From positions 30,001 to 62,000 of the forward strand of contig NZ_JAQFIQ010000010.1 of the NCBI RefSeq assembly GCF_029504745.1: a stretch of DNA of 32,000 bases. The letters run 5' to 3'. The notes under the pieces were generated by a model. It had not been told where the DNA came from. It searched no databases and saw only the letters and a list, made by a program, of their open reading frames with translations. Position numbers and translations under genes: made by a program. Source of the DNA: Breznakia sp. PF5-3 (GTDB taxonomy: Bacteria > Bacillota_I > Bacilli_A > Erysipelotrichales > Erysipelotrichaceae). Below are positions 18,952 to 26,914 of the stretch, piece by piece; the first letter of the stretch is position 1, and each line of letters opens with the position of its first letter.

Positions 18952-20788
18952 TAAAAAAAGAGGTCGCACCTTCCTAAAAATATACTTAGCTTTCCTTACT
19001 AGCATAATTAGTTTTTTTACTATTTATGCTTTTCGCTTTGATGTTTTACAATTGAGTGAAAGTGATGAGAATTCTTCAATAGTAGATGAAGTTAAAATAA
19101 AAAGACTTAATCAAAAGCTTTATGAGATTAATCTCAATGTAGATAACAACGATAAAATACTCAGTATTTTACAAAGTGAATTAGAAAATTACAATTACCA
19201 AGTATTAATGAGAAGTGATAATGATGAAATAGCGATTCCAATAACAAAATTTGAATCTATGATTTATAACAATAAATTATCTCAAGGACAATTTGAACTA
19301 TTACATTTTAAAAATGGAGATGCTTATATTGAAATATATCCTACTTTTAAATCTTATTTTTCAATTTATGTAATTGTTGATTTCATTATAAGCATTCTTA
19401 TTTTTATCATATGCTATTTTTTATTTAACTACATTGATAAAAAACAACTCATCAACAAAGCAACCCAAAAATTACAAAATACAAGATTTGGAAAACGCTT
19501 ATCAGTAGAACTTATTGGAGTGAATTTACTTGCCGTAGCAATTGCCATTTCCGCATATTTATTTATGTATAACAATCGTTATGCTTACTTCTCTTTTATA
19601 AGAGATAATGTCGCTGAAAATACTAATATGAAGATTGCAGATGAATTACAAGATATGTTTAAAGATGTTAATATCAACGAAAAAACTTACAATAAAATCA
19701 ATAATTCTTTAAACAATAGTTTTGATTCACATACAACTGTAACTCTTATGGATGAAAAAAAACCAGAAATGTACCTATCTACATTTTATTCATATGAATT
19801 ATATTCAAGTAATAATTTATATGATGTATCAGCAATTTCTTCTGCTAACAGTTCCACTCACACCATAAAATTTAAAAACAAAAAGATCTTTGCCTTCATT
19901 TCAACCTCGCCTGTAGCACCTTATGCACCTTCTTATTTATATACAATTATTTTTATTGCTATCTCACTTTATGCAATAACCCTAATTTGGTTTATTCAAA
20001 ACAAAGTGAAAATGATTTTAAAACTACAAGAGGATGTCGATATTCTTGCTGCTGGAAATTTAACACATGAAATCAGCATTTTAGGTGGAGATGAAATTGG
20101 TGAATTAGGAAAAAATCTAAATGAAATGCGAATTTCATTCTACGAAACAATGGAAAGCGAAAATCGAATGCAAGATGCAAATAAGAAGTTAATCACTTCC
20201 ATGTCACACGATTTAAGAACACCCCTTACATCGCTTATGGGATACTTAGACATTCTTCGCTTACAAAAAGGAGACCCTAAGCAAAGCCAAGTGTATTTAG
20301 ATAAAGCTGCTGAAAAAGTAGAACAAATTCGTTCCCTATCGGATCAAATGTTTGAATACTTCTTAGTATATGGACAAGACGAAAATGCTAATTTAACATT
20401 ACAAAGCTGTGAAGAATGGATAAACTATATCGAAGAGAGTGTGAACCTATTAAAGTATCAAGACTATAAAATTAAAATGGAACTAGAAAGAAGTGGATTA
20501 CTTCGCTTAAATATGACTTTGATGAAAAGAGCAATGGATAATATCTTCTCTAACTTACAAAAATATGCAGATATCACTTCTCCAATTACCATCATCAGTG
20601 AAATAAAAAAAGGCCATTACTGCCTTTTGGTCGAAAACTCTAAACGAAAAGATATCGATGATATCGAAAGCAACCACATTGGATTAAAAAGTGTTGATCG
20701 CATCATTAAACTGCATAATGGTACCATTAAAATAAAGAATACGGAACAACACTTTCTAATTCTTATTGAATTACCAATGATCGTATAA
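18944..20788 (+). CDS. Sensor histidine kinase (4 TM, two large outside loops, HAMP, HisKA, atypical HATPase_c)
   Basis: 614 aa. TTG start overlapping the RR stop by 8 nt. H-box SMSHDLRTPLTS (His codon at 20207-20209). N-box MDNIFSNLQKYA. The G1/G2 positions read LLVENSKRK and NHIGLKSV. Confidence 0.85.
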   Translation: MNNKKRGRTFLKIYLAFLTSIISFFTIYAFRFDVLQLSESDENSSIVDEVKIKRLNQKLYEINLNVDNNDKILSILQSELENYNYQVLMRSDNDEIAIPITKFESMIYNNKLSQGQFELLHFKNGDAYIEIYPTFKSYFSIYVIVDFIISILIFIICYFLFNYIDKKQLINKATQKLQNTRFGKRLSVELIGVNLLAVAIAISAYLFMYNNRYAYFSFIRDNVAENTNMKIADELQDMFKDVNINEKTYNKINNSLNNSFDSHTTVTLMDEKKPEMYLSTFYSYELYSSNNLYDVSAISSANSSTHTIKFKNKKIFAFISTSPVAPYAPSYLYTIIFIAISLYAITLIWFIQNKVKMILKLQEDVDILAAGNLTHEISILGGDEIGELGKNLNEMRISFYETMESENRMQDANKKLITSMSHDLRTPLTSLMGYLDILRLQKGDPKQSQVYLDKAAEKVEQIRSLSDQMFEYFLVYGQDENANLTLQSCEEWINYIEESVNLLKYQDYKIKMELERSGLLRLNMTLMKRAMDNIFSNLQKYADITSPITIISEIKKGHYCLLVENSKRKDIDDIESNHIGLKSVDRIIKLHNGTIKIKNTEQHFLILIELPMIV

Positions 20789-20811
20789 GAAACATCCTAA
20801 AGATGTTTCTT
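20787..20811. terminator. Bidirectional hairpin between the convergent kinase and lipoprotein genes
   Basis: 10-bp stem AAGAAACATC (20787-20796) / GATGTTTCTT (20802-20811) with a 5-nt loop. It overlaps both stop codons. Confidence 0.6.
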
Positions 20812-21208
20812 ATTTTGTATAGGTATTTATTATAGAATACAACTCCTCACTACTTTGTAACTGATACCAGTATAATTGATCATCATCCTTTTTCTTCACC
20901 TTAATTTGATCTCCACTTTCCCATAAGATGACATGAATTTCTTCATTATTATATTCAATAAATAACTCATATACAGGTTCTAATGTAGTAGCACGATACC
21001 CTTTTGGATTTTTCTTTGGATGATGTTGATCTTCATCATAAGTAGCAGCATCAATAATTTGAAAAACCTTTTGTGCATCATCTTCCTTCAATGAAATGTT
21101 TTTTTGACTTTCATTTAATTTTAAAACAATTGATGCTTTTTCTCCTTGGGTAAAACTACATCCAGCAAATAAAAATAATAGCGATAATAACATATATTTT
21201 CTTTTCAT
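20810..21208 (-). CDS. Small lipoprotein of unknown function
   Basis: 132 aa. Signal peptide with lipobox LLFLFAGCSF. AGGAGG RBS. No motif I can assign. Confidence 0.7.
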   Translation of the reverse strand: MKRKYMLLSLLFLFAGCSFTQGEKASIVLKLNESQKNISLKEDDAQKVFQIIDAATYDEDQHHPKKNPKGYRATTLEPVYELFIEYNNEEIHVILWESGDQIKVKKKDDDQLYWYQLQSSEELYSIINTYTK

Positions 21209-21354
21209 AATATTTCCTCCTTTTATGTCCCCTCTATATATTATGACGCACCCAACTTCGAAAAGGTTTTATAATTTATTAATATTATATAAATTAATTG
21301 TTGGCTCGTCACTACACTGATATATTTTTTATAATTATATCTGCATATAGAAAT

Positions 21355-21383
21355 TTGCACACTATTCTTAAATTTTGTAAACT
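21355..21383 (+). promoter_or_regulatory. Candidate promoter of the mini-ORF/FtsX permease transcript
   Basis: TTGCAC (21355-21360), 17 nt, TAAACT (21378-21383). The spacer contains TTCTTAAAT, which resembles the CTTAAG boxes at 18138-18187. Confidence 0.4.
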
Positions 21384-21440
21384 ATACTTATATCTAATAT
21401 AAATATATTAAAAAATAGGTTTATACAAAAAGGAGCGGAA

Positions 21441-21488
21441 ATGGATATTAACAAACATTATAAGACAGTAGAAAGGCTGGATCACTAA
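21441..21488 (+). other. 15-codon mini-ORF (MDINKHYKTVERLDH), stop overlapping the permease ATG (TAATG)
   Basis: An AAAGGAG RBS (21429-21435) lies 5 nt before the ATG at 21441. The TAA at 21486-21488 shares its last A with the permease ATG at 21488. It occupies the position normally held by the ABC ATPase gene. Confidence 0.3.
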
Positions 21489-24400
21489 TGAGCAAAGCAG
21501 CTTTTCGTAAAAGTTCTTTACGAGTCGTTAAAACAACCTTTACACGGTTTATTTCGATTGTTTTAATATCCTTTTTAGGTGCAGGAGTTTTTGCGGGTCT
21601 TAGTGCAACATCTCCAAATATGAAACTAACTGGTGACGCATACTATGATAAATATAATGTAGCTGATGCTCAGATTCTATCTACATATGGATTTGATGAC
21701 AGCGATATAAATGCTATTAAAGACATACATGGTATACGTGAAGTTTTGGCAACATATTCAATTGATTCCACAGGGAGTGTGGAAAGTAAAGACTATACAT
21801 TTAAAATCAGTGGATTTCCTGATCGTAAAGATGCACAGATCAATCAGGTTAAATTAATTGATGGGCAAATGCCAAAAGCCCAAAATGAAGCAATTATTAT
21901 CCAACCTTCTATAGGATTAAAAAACATAAAAATAGGGAGTAATATAACATTAGATAAATCTTCAAATACCGCTTTCTCATCAACCCTTGATAGAAATGAT
22001 TTTGAAATTGTTGGAATTGCAGAGTCTCCCTACTATTTATCATTCATGCAAGGAAGTACAACTGTTGGGAGTGGATCTATCGACTATGTCATTTATGTAC
22101 CTAAAGATAATTTTATAATTGATAGTTACACTGAACTGTTGGTAACATTTGATAACACTAAGAACTTGAATACATTTGAAGATGAGTATTTTAAAGCCTG
22201 TGAAAAGCCATTGGATAAATTAAGTATAATGGCTAAAGAACGCCAGGATTTACGATATACAAAACTAAAAAAGGATTTAAAAGACGGTCATAAAGAATTA
22301 TCAGTAGTGAGAAAAGATACAGAAAAGCAATTGGATGATGCTGAACTTCAACTTGAAGCAGCAAAAACTCAGATTGAAACTTCAAAAGTTTTGTATCAAA
22401 ATGGTGTAAGTGAATATAATACAAAAAAAGGATTAGCTGAAAGTGAACTTACAATTGCTGAAAATAAATTATCTGCTGCAGAAAAGAACATTATGCAAGG
22501 AGAGCAAGAACTTTCTAAAAAGCAAAGTGAACTACAAAACAATAAACTACTATTAGCGGAAGGTCGAAGAAAATTAGATACTGCATGGACTGACTACAAT
22601 CAGCAATATGCAGCTTACTTAGCTATAAAGGATTTTTTATGGAGCACAAATCCCGAACAAGCTGCACTTCTTGAACAACAATTAAATGCTTATAGGGTAC
22701 AACTTGATCAAGAAGAACAAGCTTATACTAATAATTCAGATAAGTTAAAAGCTGCACAAATACTTCTAAATCAAAAGCAAGGTGAAATAAACCAGGCAAA
22801 AATAGATTATCAAAATAGCATAATTACATATAATCAAAATAAAGAACTTGTAGATGCTGAATTGTACAATGCTGAGATTAGTTTAAAAACGGCTGAAAAT
22901 CAAATCCAAACTGCTGAAAATGAACTGAAGATAAAGTGGGCAGAGTTTGATGAACAGAAAAAGGCTACAATAACAAAGCTAGAAGATAGTGAAGTATTAC
23001 TAAATGAACAAGAAGATATCGTTTCAAAGATGGGAACTCCTAAATGGTTTGTTTTGGATCGCAACATGAATGAGTCTTTTATTAACTTTTATGATACAAC
23101 CAAAAAAATGCGAGATCTTGCTACAATATTTCCTGTAATTTTCTTTCTTGTTGCAGCACTTGTGTGTCTTACAACAATGACACGAATGGTGGATGAAGAC
23201 AGAATTTTAATTGGTACATTTAAAGCTTTGGGATATTCAAAACGAACCATTGCAATGCGATATTTGCTCTATGCTATTATTGCCAGTTTCATTGGGAGTT
23301 TACTTGGTGTGCTTGTAGGATTCTGGTTACTACCACATATTATTTGGAATGCTTATGCAATTATTTTTGCCTTTCCTACTCTACATACAAGATTTTTCTT
23401 AGATACTGCTACACTATCAGTATTAGCCATCGTAATAACAATTGGCTTAACTACCGGTTTTTCAATCAAACGTTCCTTAGATGAAGTTCCATCAGAGTTA
23501 ATGAGACCTAAAGCGCCAAAGAGTGGAAAGCGAGTTTTTATAGAAAACATTAAATTAATTTGGAATCGACTGAGCTTTACTAGAAAAGTAACGATTCGTA
23601 ATTTAGGACTTAATAAAAAGCGATTAGTCATGGCTTTACTTGGAATCTTAGGATGTACTGCATTGGTAGTAACTGCTTTTGGAATTAAAAATTCTATCCA
23701 GTCAATATCCAGCAAACAATTTCAAACTATTTTAAAATATGATATAAGTGTAGGATATAGTGATAAGCCATCAAATGAATTAGCGACATTCATGAGTAAC
23801 GAATCATACTTTAATGAAGCTGTAGAAGCCTATCGTGGAGCAGCAATAGCTAGAGATAAAAAGAACTCAAATACTACTGAAAGTATTAGTGTTGTAGCAC
23901 CCAAAGACAGCAAGGAATTTAATAATGTTGTTAAGTTCTACGATCCTAGTAATCACAAAAGTATCCAATTTACTACCAATAGTGTTGTAATTACTGAGAA
24001 GTTAGCAATTAATTTGAATCTTGATATTGGTGATAAAATTGAAATAAAATACTTGAATGATGATACATATCATAGTCTGGAAATAACAGATATATCAGAA
24101 AACTATACATTTAATTACATATATATTGGAGATGATGTATATATGGATATCTTTAATGAGCCTGCTTCTTATAACTACTACTTCTCTATCCTAAATGACA
24201 ATATAGATAAGCGCATTGTGGAAGCAAAACTACATGAAATCAACGGAGTGAGTGTTATCTCATTTACAAAAGATTTGATGGGGAATATTGAAAAATCTAT
24301 CAAAAGTATCGATACAATCATCTGGGTATTGATCATCGCTGCTGGTCTTTTGGCATTTGTAGTTATTTATAATCTGACAAACATTAACATTGGAGAGCGA

Positions 24401-24709
24401 CAAAGAGAGTTAGCTACGCTAAAAGTATTAGGTTTCTATGATAATGAAACATATAATTATATCTTCAGAGAAACAATTGCTATTTCAATAATTGCATGTA
24501 TCCTTGGATTATTTGGAGGTTCTTTCTTGTATAAAGCAGTTGTTGTAACCGTAGAGCCTAGTAGCATTTTCTTAACCCGCTCTCTATCCTGGGAAAGCTA
24601 TGCACTTGCAGTAATACTTACGATGTTTTTTACACTCATCGTAAATATGTTTTTAATACCAAAGATCAAACACATTGATATGTTAGAGTCTTTAAAATCT
24701 GTAGACTAA
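21488..24709 (+). CDS. Double-FtsX-domain ABC-type permease (MacB/COG0577 class) with a giant coiled-coil extracytoplasmic insert
   Basis: 1073 aa. TM1 at aa 21-40 and a large outside domain at aa 41-543, including heptad-rich aa ~245-512. First FtsX module contains RILIGTFKALGYSKR, with a second outside domain after it. Second FtsX module contains ERQRELATLKVLGFYDNE. Confidence 0.85.
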   Translation: MSKAAFRKSSLRVVKTTFTRFISIVLISFLGAGVFAGLSATSPNMKLTGDAYYDKYNVADAQILSTYGFDDSDINAIKDIHGIREVLATYSIDSTGSVESKDYTFKISGFPDRKDAQINQVKLIDGQMPKAQNEAIIIQPSIGLKNIKIGSNITLDKSSNTAFSSTLDRNDFEIVGIAESPYYLSFMQGSTTVGSGSIDYVIYVPKDNFIIDSYTELLVTFDNTKNLNTFEDEYFKACEKPLDKLSIMAKERQDLRYTKLKKDLKDGHKELSVVRKDTEKQLDDAELQLEAAKTQIETSKVLYQNGVSEYNTKKGLAESELTIAENKLSAAEKNIMQGEQELSKKQSELQNNKLLLAEGRRKLDTAWTDYNQQYAAYLAIKDFLWSTNPEQAALLEQQLNAYRVQLDQEEQAYTNNSDKLKAAQILLNQKQGEINQAKIDYQNSIITYNQNKELVDAELYNAEISLKTAENQIQTAENELKIKWAEFDEQKKATITKLEDSEVLLNEQEDIVSKMGTPKWFVLDRNMNESFINFYDTTKKMRDLATIFPVIFFLVAALVCLTTMTRMVDEDRILIGTFKALGYSKRTIAMRYLLYAIIASFIGSLLGVLVGFWLLPHIIWNAYAIIFAFPTLHTRFFLDTATLSVLAIVITIGLTTGFSIKRSLDEVPSELMRPKAPKSGKRVFIENIKLIWNRLSFTRKVTIRNLGLNKKRLVMALLGILGCTALVVTAFGIKNSIQSISSKQFQTILKYDISVGYSDKPSNELATFMSNESYFNEAVEAYRGAAIARDKKNSNTTESISVVAPKDSKEFNNVVKFYDPSNHKSIQFTTNSVVITEKLAINLNLDIGDKIEIKYLNDDTYHSLEITDISENYTFNYIYIGDDVYMDIFNEPASYNYYFSILNDNIDKRIVEAKLHEINGVSVISFTKDLMGNIEKSIKSIDTIIWVLIIAAGLLAFVVIYNLTNINIGERQRELATLKVLGFYDNETYNYIFRETIAISIIACILGLFGGSFLYKAVVVTVEPSSIFLTRSLSWESYALAVILTMFFTLIVNMFLIPKIKHIDMLESLKSVD

Positions 24710-24748
24710 AAAAGCTTTGTATAATCGAAGAGATAACAAAGCTTTTTT
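24708..24748 (+). terminator. Intrinsic terminator after the permease gene
   Basis: Stem AGCTTTGT (24713-24720) / ACAAAGCT (24736-24743), extended by A/T pairs, followed by a T-run. Confidence 0.7.
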
Positions 24749-24872
24749 ATACATACCTTTTTAAAGAAATTAAGTAAGAAGGTTACTTTTATGAAATATG
24801 GTTTCGTGTTAAAATTCATATATAACTAGAATTAATGAAATCACATATCATGTGATAAAGGAGTACTATAAT

Positions 24873-26072
24873 ATGCATGAAATCAAATGTCCACATTGTG
24901 GCAAAACATTTACTATCGATGAAGCTGGCTATGCTGATATTTTAAACCAGGTCCGCACAAAAGAATTCAATAGTGAAGTTCATGAAAAACTAGAACAAGC
25001 CAATGCACAATTTGCGAATGAATTGGCTTTAATGAAAGAAAAAACAAAGAATTCATTGGCAGAGGAACTTACCCAAAAGGATAAAGAGATCTCTGAATTA
25101 CAATCTAAAATCAATGCAAGTAAACAAGAAAAAGAAATTGCTGTTATCAAAGCAGAGAACATTATGCGTGAAACGATTGCTGAACAAGAAAGAAAAATCA
25201 CAGAATTATCTTCTAAGTTTGATCTTCAAGAGAAAGAAAAAGAACTGGAAAAAAATTCAATAAAAGAAAAATATGAAATTGAATTAAAACAAAAAGATGA
25301 AGCAATTGCTTTCTATAAAGACTTCAAAGCAAAGCAATCTACAAAGATGGTTGGTGAAAGTTTAGAACAGCACTGTGAGATCGAATTCAATCGCTTGCGG
25401 ATGACCGCATTTCCAAATGCTGAGTTTGGAAAGGATAATGATATAAAAACTGGAAGTAAAGGGGATTATATCTATCGTGAGAGCGATGAGCATGGAACCG
25501 AAATTATCTCCATCATGTTTGAAATGAAAAACGAAGGAGATGAAACAGCAACAAAGAAACGAAATGAACAATTCTTTAAAGAATTAGATAAAGATCGTCG
25601 CGAAAAGAAATGTGAATATGCAATCCTTGTATCAATGCTTGAAGCAGATAATGAGTTATATAACACTGGTATTGTTGATGTGTCTTATGAATATGAAAAA
25701 ATGTATGTAATTAGACCTCAATTTTTTATCCCCATCATTACGCTATTACGCAATGCTGCTATGAATTCGTTGAAATTCAAACAAGAAGTTGCTTTGATGC
25801 GAGAACAAAATATTGATATTACAAATTTTGAAGAAGACCTTAATACATTTAAAACATCTTTTGCAAAAAACTATAATCTTGCTAGTCGTAAATTCAATAC
25901 TGCAATTGAAGAAATTGATAAAACTATCTTGCATTTACAAAAAACAAAAGATGCTTTATTATCTTCTGAAAATAATTTGCGAATTGCAAATAACAAAGCT
26001 GAAGATTTAACTGTTAAAAAACTTGTCCGTAAGAATCCTACTATGAAAGAAAAGTTTGATTCTCTTAAATAA
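24873..26072 (+). CDS. Zn-ribbon / coiled-coil / PD-(D/E)xK-like protein (DUF2130- or RmuC-like architecture)
   Basis: The AAGGAG RBS inside the track ORF points to the ATG at 24873 (MHEIKCPHCGKTF). A ~150-aa Lys/Glu-rich coiled coil follows. The C-terminal region carries GDYIY...IMFEMK (a D...ExK pattern). Confidence 0.65.
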   Translation: MHEIKCPHCGKTFTIDEAGYADILNQVRTKEFNSEVHEKLEQANAQFANELALMKEKTKNSLAEELTQKDKEISELQSKINASKQEKEIAVIKAENIMRETIAEQERKITELSSKFDLQEKEKELEKNSIKEKYEIELKQKDEAIAFYKDFKAKQSTKMVGESLEQHCEIEFNRLRMTAFPNAEFGKDNDIKTGSKGDYIYRESDEHGTEIISIMFEMKNEGDETATKKRNEQFFKELDKDRREKKCEYAILVSMLEADNELYNTGIVDVSYEYEKMYVIRPQFFIPIITLLRNAAMNSLKFKQEVALMREQNIDITNFEEDLNTFKTSFAKNYNLASRKFNTAIEEIDKTILHLQKTKDALLSSENNLRIANNKAEDLTVKKLVRKNPTMKEKFDSLK

Positions 26073-26181
26073 CATTGAAAATCACTACTTTGCGTTTCGC
26101 TTATAATTCAATTTATTTTAATGCTATACTAAATTTAAGATAAATTACTGCTATAATGCAATGTAATATGAAGGGAGAAAT

Positions 26182-26889
26182 ATGAAATTATTACAATTAC
26201 AAAACTATGATGAATTATCAAGAATTGGTGCTGAAATTATCATTGATGAGATTAAGCATAATATGAATGCAAACATTTGCTTAGCCACTGGTGGCTCACC
26301 AAAAAAGCTATATGAACAAATGGTTCAACAAATTAATGAAGAACGTATCGATATCTCAAATGTCACTTTTACAAAACTCGATGAATGGTATGATGTAGAT
26401 CCAAAAGAATCATTTACTTGTGAAACTTTCATTCAAGAAAATATCTTAGATAAGTTATATATGCAACCAAAGCAATTCATTTCCTTTGTTTCAAATGCTT
26501 TGGATATCGATTTAGAAGTACAAAGAATACAAAAATTAATTGATGAAAATCCTATTGATATCATGATTTTAGGTTTAGGAATGAATGGTCATCTAGGTTT
26601 AAATGAACCAAATGATGAACTAACGCTACCTTGCCATTATGCCGCACTTGATACAAAAACCAAAACGCATGATATGGCGGATGGAAGGAATCTTGAAGGT
26701 GGCTTAACCATTGGCATGAAAGGTATCTTTGATGCCAAGAAAATCCTCTTTTTAGTATCTGGTGATAAAAAAGAAGATGCATATCATGGTTTTATGAAAA
26801 AAACAATATCAACAAACCTACCTGCAAGTTTTTTATGGTTACACAAAAATTGCATTACGCTTATTGATAAAGAACAGTTTACTAATTAA
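26182..26889 (+). CDS. NagB-family glucosamine-6-phosphate deaminase/isomerase paralog
   Basis: 235 aa. Motifs ICLATGGSPKKLY and MILGLGMNGHLGLNEP (closer to canonical NagB than the 7216-7926 paralog). An extended -10 TGCTATAAT lies upstream at about 26148-26156. Confidence 0.8.
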   Translation: MKLLQLQNYDELSRIGAEIIIDEIKHNMNANICLATGGSPKKLYEQMVQQINEERIDISNVTFTKLDEWYDVDPKESFTCETFIQENILDKLYMQPKQFISFVSNALDIDLEVQRIQKLIDENPIDIMILGLGMNGHLGLNEPNDELTLPCHYAALDTKTKTHDMADGRNLEGGLTIGMKGIFDAKKILFLVSGDKKEDAYHGFMKKTISTNLPASFLWLHKNCITLIDKEQFTN

Positions 26890-26914
26890 AAAAATATCAC
26901 ATTGTGATATTTTT
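26888..26914. terminator. Bidirectional terminator between the convergent nagB-like and PHP genes
   Basis: Palindrome AAAAATATCAC-ATT-GTGATATTTTT with A/T runs on both sides. Confidence 0.6.

Noticed and set aside
21366-21392. CTTAAA / CTTATA boxes upstream of the permease as response-regulator sites
   Set aside because: There are only two degenerate copies 20 bp apart, lying inside a promoter spacer in very AT-rich DNA. They could arise by chance. They are mentioned under the promoter feature but not promoted to a finding.
21488-24709. Calling the big permease BceB/VraG-type or YhgE/Pip-type
   Set aside because: BceB-type permeases are ~650 aa with 10 TMs and one loop between TM7 and TM8. 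Pip/YhgE proteins lack FtsX modules. This protein instead has a 1+3 / 1+3 TM double-FtsX layout with two outside domains, so only the generic MacB/FtsX class is claimed.
24791-24829. 12-codon ORF (MKYGFVLKFIYN) with a weak AAGAAGG RBS upstream of the DUF2130-like gene
   Set aside because: It is too short and unsupported. Such ORFs are frequent by chance in AT-rich intergenic DNA.
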